Source: Patescibacteria group bacterium
GTDB taxonomy: Bacteria; Patescibacteriota; Microgenomatia; UBA1400; PJMF01
Length of the DNA: 41,628 bases
Direction of reading: 5' to 3'
Assembly: GCA_018816485.1 (NCBI GenBank)
Contig: JAHIVL010000073.1
Span: 1-41,628 of the forward strand
Both the position numbers and the translations under genes were made by a program. Shown here in pieces: positions 9,197-18,312 of this stretch (its first letter is position 1; every line of letters begins with the position of its first letter). The notes under the pieces were generated by a model. That model saw only the letters and a program-made list of their open reading frames with translations. It ran no database searches and was not told the origin of the DNA.

Positions 9197-10047
9197 TGAA
9201 ACAACTTCCAAAGATATCAATTGTTACGCCATCTTTTAATCAAGGAAAGTTTTTGGAGCAGACGATTCTTTCAGTACTCAATCAAAATTATCCAAATTTT
9301 GAGTATGTAGTTATTGACGGTGGATCTACTGATGGAAGTCAAAAAATAATTAAAAAATATCAAAAAAGATTGCACTATTGGGAAAGTAAATCAGACAGGG
9401 GGCAGTCACATGCCATTAATAAAGGTTTTGCCAAAACAAATGGTGAGATCATGTTTTGGATTAACAGCGATGATGTTTTGAGGCCTGGAGCGCTACATTT
9501 GGTGGCTAGTATTTTTTCAAAATTTAGTGAGATCAGTTGGTTAACTAGTTTGCCATCAACAATTAATGACCAAGATTTTCAACTCTATTTGTCTCAACCT
9601 CCATTATATATAAATAGCTTTATCAGAAGAGGTTGGTACACTCGTAAATTTATGGGTTTTATTATGCAAGAGGGCACATTTTGGAGGAGATCTTTATGGG
9701 ATAGAGCGGGTGGGAATCTAGATGAGGTGCCCTACTCAATGGATCTTAAACTCTGGCAGTCATTTGCAGAACACGAGCAACTATATTGTATACATGCTTG
9801 TTTAGCTTCATATAGATTAAATCGTAACCGCAAAAATAATGACAATCACCATAAATACTATAAGGAAATAAACGCCTGGGTTCCAGAAAGTATTAGTTTA
9901 ATAGGGAAAATCGTCTGGCGCCAAGTTGCTAAAATTGCTCATCATCTCAAAATAGGTCCAGCTGTTTATTATGATCAAAGAAAGTTAAAGTGGTATTTTA
10001 GAAAAAATGTATTTAACTCTCAGAGTTTTAAACTACTGAAGTTGTGA
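9196..10047 (+). CDS. Glycosyltransferase family 2
   Basis: 'ISIVTPSFNQGKFLEQTILSVLNQNYPNFEYVVIDGGSTDGS' and 'WINSDDVL'. TAATG overlap with the upstream gene. Confidence 0.85.
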   Translation: MKQLPKISIVTPSFNQGKFLEQTILSVLNQNYPNFEYVVIDGGSTDGSQKIIKKYQKRLHYWESKSDRGQSHAINKGFAKTNGEIMFWINSDDVLRPGALHLVASIFSKFSEISWLTSLPSTINDQDFQLYLSQPPLYINSFIRRGWYTRKFMGFIMQEGTFWRRSLWDRAGGNLDEVPYSMDLKLWQSFAEHEQLYCIHACLASYRLNRNRKNNDNHHKYYKEINAWVPESISLIGKIVWRQVAKIAHHLKIGPAVYYDQRKLKWYFRKNVFNSQSFKLLKL

Positions 10048-10066
10048 AGAAAAATATATATTACGA

Positions 10067-11239
10067 TTAATTTTTAATATAAAATTTCTCAACTTGCTTC
10101 GCCACACTCTTCCAAGAGAGTATCTCTGCCACTTTTCTTGAATTTTTTCCAAGAACTTCAATTTTTTTAGGATTATCTAACAGATTGCTAATTGCTTTAG
10201 CAAATTCCTTAGGATTTTCTGATGCCAAGATGCCCACTTTTTCTTTTTTGAGTAATTTTTCAACTTCTCCAGTTGGGTTGGCTGCAATTGGTCTCCCTGC
10301 AGCCAAATAATCACCTAGCTTATTTGGGAATTTACCTAAGTTGATTTCTTTGTTGGCAAAAGGCAGCAGCATTACGTCACTTGCAGCCAGGCAGTATGGA
10401 AGTAGTTTTCTGGAAACTATTCCAGGGTGGATGACTTTTTTAAGTGCTACTGGATAATTTTCAAATTCTTCATAAAATTTATCAATATTTTTTGGTCCCA
10501 ACACTAACAAAAGAGTGTCGTTTCTTTCCTTATTAAGATCAATAAATGTTTTAGCCAGTAACACCTCATCATAAGTGCCCACATAAAGATAAGTTATGAT
10601 TTTATAGTTCAATGGGAAAGAAAGTTTATTTCTGGCTTCATTTTTTGACATTGGTATAATGCCATCAATATTGCATCCGATGGGTAGAAAGAAGATATTT
10701 TTCTTTGATCCTCTAATCTTGATTGCTTTTTTGACAAGGTCATCACTAATTGGAGTTAGATATTGTGCATGTTTGACAAACCATTGTTCAAAATTATGAT
10801 CAAGAGTAATTGGAATCAAACTAAAACGACCATAGCGACGATCTGCTATTCCGCCTTTACCCCATAGATCTGCCCAATCAAGAAACCACTTTGTCTTTCT
10901 ACAAAATAGTGATTTTATAAACCCGGGAACAGAAGCTGCTGGACGGTGATTAAAAGTATGAATGATGTAGCATTTTGAAAAAAGAATCATTAAAGAGCGA
11001 TATATAATGTCAAATGGATCATAGCCACCTTTTCGAAAACGGTATGGGAAAATGCCAATTGATTCGATTACCTTGACTTTTTTTTCAAGCGATACTTTCC
11101 TAGTAAGGGAGATATTTTTGGCGCTTGTCCAGAGCGTTACTTCGTGACCAAGCTCAGTTAATCCTTGAGCTAGAGATAAAGATCGCAAATAACTGCCCCC
11201 AATCTCTTTAGCTTCGTAGGTAGAGAAGATAATTTTCAT
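10067..11239 (-). CDS. Glycosyltransferase family 4 (GT-B)
   Basis: 'MKIIFSTYEAKEIGGSYLRSLSLAQGLTELGHEVTLWT' is a typical GT4 N-terminus. I chose the internal Met (ATG 11237-11239) because it forms an ATGA overlap with the stop of the upstream GT26 gene. The track ORF extends to 11335. Confidence 0.7.
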   Translation of the reverse strand: MKIIFSTYEAKEIGGSYLRSLSLAQGLTELGHEVTLWTSAKNISLTRKVSLEKKVKVIESIGIFPYRFRKGGYDPFDIIYRSLMILFSKCYIIHTFNHRPAASVPGFIKSLFCRKTKWFLDWADLWGKGGIADRRYGRFSLIPITLDHNFEQWFVKHAQYLTPISDDLVKKAIKIRGSKKNIFFLPIGCNIDGIIPMSKNEARNKLSFPLNYKIITYLYVGTYDEVLLAKTFIDLNKERNDTLLLVLGPKNIDKFYEEFENYPVALKKVIHPGIVSRKLLPYCLAASDVMLLPFANKEINLGKFPNKLGDYLAAGRPIAANPTGEVEKLLKKEKVGILASENPKEFAKAISNLLDNPKKIEVLGKNSRKVAEILSWKSVAKQVEKFYIKN

Positions 11240-11979
11240 TTTTTTATTTGCCTGCTGGGCTGGTTGAACATAAATAATTTTTTTATTATAGTTGAAAAGA
11301 TGAAATTTGGAATAACAATTAAATATCGTTTCCACAATCTTTTAGGTTCTGTGATTAGTCTAAATAACCATTCTAAGCCACATTGTTGAACATATTTAGG
11401 AGCTTGACTTTTATTATTGGTGATAAAATCAAATGCAGCTCCTACACAAAAAATAGTAGTTTTTGTTAGTTTGATTTTTAGTTTGGTGGCTAGCTCGGCT
11501 TGTTTGGGCGATCCAATGCCAATCCATAAGACATCAGGTTGAATCTTAATAATCGTATTTAATATTTCTTGTTCTTTTTTATTAGAATCAGATTTTTTAA
11601 TAAGTAAATAGTGTTGAGAATGGTTTTTATTGAGAGTTTTTTTTCTTAAATTGCGAAGCGCTTGAGAATTAGCACCCAAAAACACGCTCGAAAATTTTTT
11701 ATTTTTTATTTTTTCTAAAATTAAAATCATTAAGTTTGGGCCATACACTCGGTCAATAATAAAATCATTTTTTGAGCGAAACCACCATGTTAGCCACATG
11801 CTGTCTGTAGTGTAGATATCAATATTGTTATAAAAAGAATTATTTTTAGCTTGTGCTAAATCATGGAGTGAGCAAGGAAGAATAACTGTCGTTTTTCTTT
11901 CCCCAATCTTATTATTGATAGTATTGGCTACTGTTTTGAAATCTCCAAGAAGGAACTTGTATTTGTTTACTTTGTTCAT
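11236..11979 (-). CDS. WecB/TagA/CpsF family glycosyltransferase (GT26)
   Basis: 'PDVLWIGIGSPKQAELA' and 'FCVGAAFDFITNNKSQAPKYVQQCGLEWLFRLITEPKRLWKRYL' are the family's hallmark blocks. Confidence 0.85.
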   Translation of the reverse strand: MNKVNKYKFLLGDFKTVANTINNKIGERKTTVILPCSLHDLAQAKNNSFYNNIDIYTTDSMWLTWWFRSKNDFIIDRVYGPNLMILILEKIKNKKFSSVFLGANSQALRNLRKKTLNKNHSQHYLLIKKSDSNKKEQEILNTIIKIQPDVLWIGIGSPKQAELATKLKIKLTKTTIFCVGAAFDFITNNKSQAPKYVQQCGLEWLFRLITEPKRLWKRYLIVIPNFIFSTIIKKLFMFNQPSRQIKK

Positions 11980-12005
11980 AATATTTCCCCATGCCCGCTT
12001 TAAGA

Positions 12006-12034
12006 TTGAATTGTCGTTTTTGATGTCCTACAAT
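12006..12034 (+). promoter_or_regulatory. Candidate sigma70-type promoter for the GME/GT-C/SGNH operon
   Basis: TTGAAT (12006-12011), a 17-nt spacer, then TACAAT (12029-12034), about 60 nt upstream of the ATG at 12096, in a divergent intergenic region. AT-rich background makes false positives likely. Confidence 0.35.
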
Positions 12035-12095
12035 GATGCTGAATGTATAAATATGCAGTTAGTATAACCTAATTTATTGATTTTTTTTCAAAGAT

Positions 12096-13085
12096 ATGAA
12101 TAAACAAAAAGAAAAGACCGTTATTTTAGTTGCTGGAGCAGGTGGCTTTATTGGCGGTCATTTGGTTAATTATTTATTTAGCAAAGGTTATAAAAAAATT
12201 AGAGCTGTAGATATTAAGCCACTTGAAGATTGGTATCAGCTCAATAAAAAGGCCGAGAACTTAAAACTAGATTTAAGTGATCTAAAAAATTGCCAAAATG
12301 TTACGCGTAAAGTAGATGAAGTTTACAATTTAGCAGCTGACATGGGAGGGATGGGATTTATTGAAGCTAATAAAGCTTTATGTATGTTAAATGTTTTAAT
12401 TAATACTCACTTATTAATGGCGGCCAGAGATAATTATGTGAAGCGGTTTTTTTATTCATCTTCTGCGTGTGTTTATGCACTTAACAAGCAACAACGATCA
12501 GATATAGATGAATTAAAGGAGTCCGATGCCTATCCTGCAATGCCGGAAGATGGTTATGGTTGGGAAAAACTTTTTTCAGAACGTATGTGTAGGCATTTTA
12601 TGGAAGATTTTGGTTTAGAAACCAGAGTTGCTCGTTTTCATAATGTTTATGGTCCTCATGGTGAATATAAAGGTGGTAGAGAGAAAGCTCCTGCGGCTAT
12701 TATTCGCAAAGTAATATCGGCTAAAAACGCGGAAAAAAATGGAATTGAAATTTGGGGAGATGGAAAACAATCTCGTACTTTTATGTATATTGATGATTGT
12801 GTAAAAGGCATCGACATGATTATGCATAGCGACATCAAAGATCCGATAAACCTAGGAAGAAGTGAGCTTGTGACGATAAACGAGTTAGTCTCTATCGTTG
12901 AATCAATTGCAAATATTAAATTGAAGCGCACTTATAGCTTAGATGCTCCTCAGGGTGTTCGTGGAAGAAGCAGTAACAACACCATGATAAGAAAATTATT
13001 GAATTGGGAACCTCAAATTTCTTTAAAAGAAGGTTTAAACAAAACTTATGAGTGGATAAAAAGAGAGTTAAGCAAAAATGGTTAA
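12096..13085 (+). CDS. gme: GDP-mannose 3,5-epimerase (SDR family, plant GME-type)
   Basis: 'VAGAGGFIGGH', 'NLAADMGGMGFI', 'RFFYSSSACVY', 'YGWEKL', 'YKGGREKAPAA', 'WGDGKQSRTFMYIDDCV' and 'PQGVRGRSSNN' are colinear with my recollection of Arabidopsis GME along the whole length. Confidence 0.85.
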   Translation: MNKQKEKTVILVAGAGGFIGGHLVNYLFSKGYKKIRAVDIKPLEDWYQLNKKAENLKLDLSDLKNCQNVTRKVDEVYNLAADMGGMGFIEANKALCMLNVLINTHLLMAARDNYVKRFFYSSSACVYALNKQQRSDIDELKESDAYPAMPEDGYGWEKLFSERMCRHFMEDFGLETRVARFHNVYGPHGEYKGGREKAPAAIIRKVISAKNAEKNGIEIWGDGKQSRTFMYIDDCVKGIDMIMHSDIKDPINLGRSELVTINELVSIVESIANIKLKRTYSLDAPQGVRGRSSNNTMIRKLLNWEPQISLKEGLNKTYEWIKRELSKNG

Positions 13086-14535
13086 AAGATACAAGTATTT
13101 TTTCTTCTTTTTTCTTTTTCTTGTTTTATTTTTTTTACCTCGTTATTTAGCTCATTCACAGTATGATGCTTTGGAAGACGAAATTTTAGCAATTGATAAT
13201 AACATGATCTATTCTGCGTCAGAACAATTATTGGCTCCAGATTTTACCCATCCTCCCTTGTGGTATTTACTTATGGAATATCCAACTAAGTTATTGGCAT
13301 TAGAGCATGGTATTGGATACTATCGTTCAATTCAAGTTCTAATTTTATTTTTTGGACTAGTATTTTCAACTGGGTATTTTTGGAGAAAAATTCCTCACAA
13401 ATTTATATTAATTTTTTTGTTGCTATTTTTAACGAATGTTGAACTAATTCATTTAACTTCTCAGCATCGCATGTACTCCTTAGTATTAAGTTTTGGAGTT
13501 TTTTATGCTCTGTATTGGTTTTATTTAATAAAATATAAAAAGGATAAAAAATGGCAAGATTTTTTTACTGTTGGAATAATTGCTTCTTTAGGTTTTTTCA
13601 CTAATTACAGTATGATTTGGTTAATACCAATTTTTCCCATAGCGTATTTAATCTCTAGTGAGAGTGAAATTCTAAAACTTCGGATAAAAAATTTATTTAT
13701 TTTTACAATTACTTTTTTTGTTTCCATTAGTTGGTTTATTCCAACCTTTATCAAAAACTCTTTAATAAGCATTAATGCCAACCAATGGACTTTTGATTTT
13801 AATATCTATAATGTTTTTCAGTTATTTGTAAATTATTTTGGAATAATTCCTGTGCAGAAAGATCTTGGTAAAATTAGTATTTATGCAGTAGTTTTTATTG
13901 TTATCTTAGTTCTGATTGTATTAGGTCAATTATTTTTAAACAAAGAAAACTCTATAAAAAGAATTTTTTTTACTTCAGCAATTTCATTTATATTTTTTCT
14001 TTTAACAGTATTTATTACAGGAAATAGTTTATTGTATCCAAGAACAGCGATTTGTTTAGTATTGGCTTTTTATGTATTAATTACATGTGCTTTTGGGAGT
14101 TTTAAGTATTCAAGAGTCTTAGTTTTTTTAATAGCAATGCTGCAATTAAGCCAGTTCTTACTTTACTTTAATCAGGATGATTCTTTTTCAAATGGATACT
14201 TTTTTATGGATTATCGTATTCACCCAATTCATTATTTTGTGGATTATAATTTTCCGCAAAAGAGTTGTTTAGTTGTTATTCCTGTTTGGAATTATAGAGC
14301 TACTAAATATTTTTTAGAAGATGTTGTACAAGTCAAATCGGCAAGTATATTTGAAGTTGAAGATTCAATTAAGTTTTCAAAAACAAAAGATTGTGCATCT
14401 TTTTATTTTTTAGAACAATTTTCTATTGGCGAGAGTCGTTTGAAGCAACAATATAAAAAGTTTCTACCTTTTGATATTGAAAGAGTTTTGTTAGATGAAC
14501 ATGAAAATCAAAAATTATATTTAATGAGTGACTAG
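13078..14535 (+). CDS. GT-C-like polytopic membrane glycosyltransferase (PMT_2/ArnT-like)
   Basis: Twelve or more hydrophobic segments, an acidic motif in the first predicted external loop ('YDALEDEILAID') and a soluble C-terminal domain. 8-nt overlap (ATGGTTAA) with the GME stop. Confidence 0.45.
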   Translation: MVKRYKYFFFFFLFLVLFFLPRYLAHSQYDALEDEILAIDNNMIYSASEQLLAPDFTHPPLWYLLMEYPTKLLALEHGIGYYRSIQVLILFFGLVFSTGYFWRKIPHKFILIFLLLFLTNVELIHLTSQHRMYSLVLSFGVFYALYWFYLIKYKKDKKWQDFFTVGIIASLGFFTNYSMIWLIPIFPIAYLISSESEILKLRIKNLFIFTITFFVSISWFIPTFIKNSLISINANQWTFDFNIYNVFQLFVNYFGIIPVQKDLGKISIYAVVFIVILVLIVLGQLFLNKENSIKRIFFTSAISFIFFLLTVFITGNSLLYPRTAICLVLAFYVLITCAFGSFKYSRVLVFLIAMLQLSQFLLYFNQDDSFSNGYFFMDYRIHPIHYFVDYNFPQKSCLVVIPVWNYRATKYFLEDVVQVKSASIFEVEDSIKFSKTKDCASFYFLEQFSIGESRLKQQYKKFLPFDIERVLLDEHENQKLYLMSD

Positions 14536-16054
14536 CGCAAAAGTATTAACAATGAAAACAATAAAATTAAAGGAAATTTTCGCCGTATTATTTTTATTGC
14601 TTCCTGTGTTTTTAATAAGTTTTTTCTTTATGAATTCTAAATTTATTCTATTAGATGATCATGAGATATACAGGCTTTATTTTAAGGAGATAAATATTTT
14701 TACCGCCATTCTAGATGATTGGAAAAATCTCTATAGATTTAGGCCATTTTATTGGTTAGTAAGGCAAGTTGAATCTATTTTTTTCGGAATAAACCCCTTT
14801 TTTTGGTACAGCACAAGCTTGGTCTTTTTTTCTACTACCATTATATCTTTATATTTATTTTTTAAAAATATTGGTTACAAATCTTTTTTAGCAGTTATTT
14901 TTACTTGGGCTAGTGTTCTGGGCTATCAATCTATTGCTAGTTGGATGGCACTAGGAATTCAAGAAGGTTTAGGGTTGTGTCTTTTTTCTTGTAGCATATA
15001 CCAGCTTTCTTTATTTGGTTTGGATAGAATAATGAAAAACTTTTGTTTATCTGTGATATTCTTTTTTTTATCATTTCTGGTCAAGGAATCATTTTTTTTC
15101 TTAATTCCTTTTGTGGTCATAATCATTTTATGGCAAGAAAAATACTTCACAAGATCATTTTTTATAAAGAGCTTAGCTTTTAGTTCGGGCTCAATCTTCA
15201 TGATTCCAATTATTATGATTCAATCATGGCGAAGTTATAAATGGAGAATGATTAGTAATAATTTTAATCAGTTTGACTTTTTAAAAACTGATAATATGTT
15301 AAATTTTTTAGCTTTAATAAAAGAAAATTATCATTTGGTGTTAACATTCACTTTTTTTATTATCAGTGGTGTGTTTCTAGTTGTTGCTAACAGAAGAAAT
15401 AGTAAAAAAATAATTTTAATTTTTACTTTTTTACTGTGTTCATTGGGAATTAGCGCGCAGTTTTTAATTTACTCATTTACTGAGTATGTCGCTCCTCATT
15501 ATATTCAACCTATATCAATGATTATTGTTTTAAGTTTGTCATTTATTTTAAAGTACTATTCTTATAAAGCAAAATTTGTATATGGCTTACTAATATCTTT
15601 AGTATTGCCAATTACCTTTTTTAATTCAATTAGGTATGCAAATGGTCATAACTTTCAATCTCGAGCTCTTTATGAGATAGAGCAACAAGTTATTCAATCT
15701 AATAAAACAGACTTAATTTTGGTGGGTCATAGATCAAGAGATCACGAAAAGTTATTTTCTTTTTATAAAAGAATTTCTTATCAGAGTCCCAATAAAACTA
15801 TTTATTTTTATCATTATGACAATCTGAACAAAAATAAAAATGACAATAGATTTGATGTTGTTGAGGATACGACAATGCTAAATGTTAATTCAAACCAATT
15901 AAATAATTACCCAATGATAGTGAATATTTCATCAAATGGTTTTAATGATGAATATAATTTTATGACAACAAAATTGTTAACCAAACCAATTCTTAAGAAT
16001 ATTAATTATGATAGCACTTGGTATGTAGAAGCTCCATCTTTAGTTTTGAAATAA
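14528..16054 (+). CDS. Second GT-C-like polytopic membrane protein
   Basis: Many TM segments, an acidic first-loop motif 'FILLDDHEIYRLYF' and a soluble C-terminal domain. Start is GTG at 14528 or, more likely, ATG at 14552. Confidence 0.4.
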   Translation: MTSAKVLTMKTIKLKEIFAVLFLLLPVFLISFFFMNSKFILLDDHEIYRLYFKEINIFTAILDDWKNLYRFRPFYWLVRQVESIFFGINPFFWYSTSLVFFSTTIISLYLFFKNIGYKSFLAVIFTWASVLGYQSIASWMALGIQEGLGLCLFSCSIYQLSLFGLDRIMKNFCLSVIFFFLSFLVKESFFFLIPFVVIIILWQEKYFTRSFFIKSLAFSSGSIFMIPIIMIQSWRSYKWRMISNNFNQFDFLKTDNMLNFLALIKENYHLVLTFTFFIISGVFLVVANRRNSKKIILIFTFLLCSLGISAQFLIYSFTEYVAPHYIQPISMIIVLSLSFILKYYSYKAKFVYGLLISLVLPITFFNSIRYANGHNFQSRALYEIEQQVIQSNKTDLILVGHRSRDHEKLFSFYKRISYQSPNKTIYFYHYDNLNKNKNDNRFDVVEDTTMLNVNSNQLNNYPMIVNISSNGFNDEYNFMTTKLLTKPILKNINYDSTWYVEAPSLVLK

Positions 16055-16079
16055 AATAAACAAATTAGAAATGAATTAA

Positions 16080-17186
16080 ATGATAGAACATATTAAGTCG
16101 ATATTTGCAAAGATATTCCTAGCAGTAATATCTGTTACCTTGACACTAATTTTACTAGCTGTCGCTTTCAACTTATATCTTGAAAAGACTAGATATATAG
16201 GTGATGGAAATATGGGTTTTACATTGGATTATGCTGTTTTTAACCTAGATTATATTTTCTGGCAAAAATATTTTTGTGATTTGGAAGATAATTGTCCCGA
16301 AACTGTTTCTTATGTTGATAGCTTACTAATTCATCCGCAAAATATTTTTGGTTCTGAATATTCACCAACATGCAAGAAAATTTTGTTTTTAGGAGATTCA
16401 TTTTCAACAGCTCCCTTTAGTGAGTTTAGTTATGGTGATTACTTTACTGAAAAGCTATCTGAGGAATTTCATCATTGTTTTATTTCTTTGCATTTGGCTT
16501 CTGGTGGAGTAGGTAATAGTCAAGAATTAGCTAAGCTAGAGGATAATATTGAGGTGATAGATCCAGATTTAGTTATTTGGCAATTTTATTGGAATGATTT
16601 AGTTAATAATGTTCAGTTTTCTGTCCATGACATTGATAGAAATTTATTAAAAAGAAAGAAAGCATGGAACAATGCGTTTTTTATATCTGGTTTTCTTAAC
16701 CAACACATTCCATTTTTAAGAACTTCTGTCATAGGAAATTATTTTTTTGAAGAGTCAACAAAAAAAGACTTTTTTAGAACTTGGCCAGCAGATATATATA
16801 CCGATGATGTGGATGAATATAACAAGGTTTTTGTTCCCTTGCTTTTAGAATCAGGAAAAAAACTAGCTGCAAATAACTCAGCTAAATTACTAACTACTAT
16901 TTCTCCATTAGAATGTTATCTAGATCAAGAAAAGACATGTGATGAATGGAGTTTAGGTGATCATATAATACTAGAAGGTATTCTGATTGAAAACAGTATG
17001 TTTATTAGCATGGAATCTACTAGTAGTGCTACTATATTTGTTGAAAACAACTTGAATAATCTTTTTTCAAACGATGATATGAAAAACTATGGTTCGAGGC
17101 ATCTTTCTGAGCAAGGAGAAATTTATTTTGGAACAAACTTATTCTTAAACTCCAAAGAAATAATAAAGAATTTAATTTTTCATTAA
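16080..17186 (+). CDS. Membrane-anchored SGNH/GDSL hydrolase-family protein (esterase or O-acyl-modifying)
   Basis: N-terminal TM. Block I 'ILFLGDSFS', block II 'ASGGVGNS', block III 'FYWNDL', and a C-terminal 'GSRHLSEQG' in place of the DxxH block. Confidence 0.55.
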   Translation: MIEHIKSIFAKIFLAVISVTLTLILLAVAFNLYLEKTRYIGDGNMGFTLDYAVFNLDYIFWQKYFCDLEDNCPETVSYVDSLLIHPQNIFGSEYSPTCKKILFLGDSFSTAPFSEFSYGDYFTEKLSEEFHHCFISLHLASGGVGNSQELAKLEDNIEVIDPDLVIWQFYWNDLVNNVQFSVHDIDRNLLKRKKAWNNAFFISGFLNQHIPFLRTSVIGNYFFEESTKKDFFRTWPADIYTDDVDEYNKVFVPLLLESGKKLAANNSAKLLTTISPLECYLDQEKTCDEWSLGDHIILEGILIENSMFISMESTSSATIFVENNLNNLFSNDDMKNYGSRHLSEQGEIYFGTNLFLNSKEIIKNLIFH

Positions 17187-17326
17187 AATAACATATAAAC
17201 AAAAGGACTCACAGGAGAAGTAGTAGAAAAAGCTACTAGTAGTCCAAAAATCACAAACACAATTATTGGAGGCATTAACCACCACTTTTTATTTTTCATT
17301 AAATATTCTATTAGCTCTTTAATCAT
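17183..17326 (-). CDS. 47-aa DUF5989-like small membrane protein (absent from the supplied ORF track)
   Basis: My own translation of the reverse strand gives MIKELIEYLMKNKKWWLMPPIIVFVIFGLLVAFSTTSPVSPFVYMLF*. The 'KKWWL.P.I....G.L...PF.Y.LF' pattern matches my memory of DUF5989, a family usually found beside carbamoyltransferases. It lies 26 nt downstream of the SGNH gene on the same strand. Confidence 0.6.
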   Translation of the reverse strand: MIKELIEYLMKNKKWWLMPPIIVFVIFGLLVAFSTTSPVSPFVYMLF

Positions 17327-17352
17327 AACTTCTTTCTTTTTTGTTAATAATA

Positions 17353-18312
17353 CTAATTACAAATCTTTTTTTCTTTTTGTAAATAATTAAAAATATTTTT
17401 GGCTATAACAGTATGACCTTCTTTATTTGGGTGTTTATCCGGTAATTGTTCATTTTGTTTTGGTTGTGGTACTAAGGAAATAAAAGTTGCTATTTTATAT
17501 CGGTTTTGCCATTTTTCAATTATTTTTTCGTTTTCTTTTAATAGGTTCTTATAATAGAAAACAATTGTATTATCAGTATTATCTAGATTAAAAAATATGT
17601 CGAAGTTGTATTCTGAAAACTGTACGAGCTCATTTACAGAGTATTCTTTTAACAATTGTTGATATGCTTTGTTATAACAAATTGCATATCCATTAAAGTT
17701 AGATATGTCTTCTATGCAATCATTAATTAGTGGTTGCATGAGTTCGTTATATCTAGAAAAACCCGTGCTACTATCAAACCATAAAATTAGATTCGGATCG
17801 TATTTTTGGCCAAGCTCTTTATATCTTTGGACAATATATTGAATATCATATCCAGCCATGCCAAGATTAATAACTTCAAAGTTTTTATGCTTACAATTTT
17901 GATTATTGTCATTATTGATCAACACTTCTAGCTGCTCGCTCCAGCTGTCTTCAACATTTACGTGATGGCCATATGTGAATGAATCTCCTAAAGTAATTAT
18001 TCTATAGGTGTCCGTTGGTTTATTGATAGAGTAATCATTTATTTCTCTTAGACCATCATTGTTAATATGATATGTAACTTCATAGGAAAGCCAATCTGGT
18101 TTTTCTATCCATTCTTTTGGCTCTAGTTTCCAGTAGTATTTTAGTTCTTCACTTTGTCCAATAATTGTATTTGATTTATCTATGCCGGTTACTATGTTTG
18201 TTCCAAGAATATTATTTTGAGTAATTTTATTTTGAGAAACTTTATAAATAAAAAGAGTTCCGAGTAAAATTTCAGTTACTACAATAGTAATCAAAAATAT
18301 TTTTTTCTTCAC
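17353..18312 (-). CDS. Membrane-anchored SGNH/GDSL hydrolase-family protein
   Basis: N-terminal TM. Block I 'IITLGDSFTYG', block II 'NLGMAGYD', block V 'DKHPNKEGHTVIAKNIF'. 4-nt overlap with the carbamoyltransferase stop. Confidence 0.65.
   Translation of the reverse strand: MKKKIFLITIVVTEILLGTLFIYKVSQNKITQNNILGTNIVTGIDKSNTIIGQSEELKYYWKLEPKEWIEKPDWLSYEVTYHINNDGLREINDYSINKPTDTYRIITLGDSFTYGHHVNVEDSWSEQLEVLINNDNNQNCKHKNFEVINLGMAGYDIQYIVQRYKELGQKYDPNLILWFDSSTGFSRYNELMQPLINDCIEDISNFNGYAICYNKAYQQLLKEYSVNELVQFSEYNFDIFFNLDNTDNTIVFYYKNLLKENEKIIEKWQNRYKIATFISLVPQPKQNEQLPDKHPNKEGHTVIAKNIFNYLQKEKKICN

Noticed and set aside
11240-11335. A 32-codon N-terminal extension of the GT4 ORF (track start 11335).
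   Set aside because: The extension overlaps the 3' end of the upstream GT26 gene. The internal ATG at 11237-11239 gives a canonical GT4 N-terminus (MKIIFST..) and a 4-nt ATGA coupling overlap.
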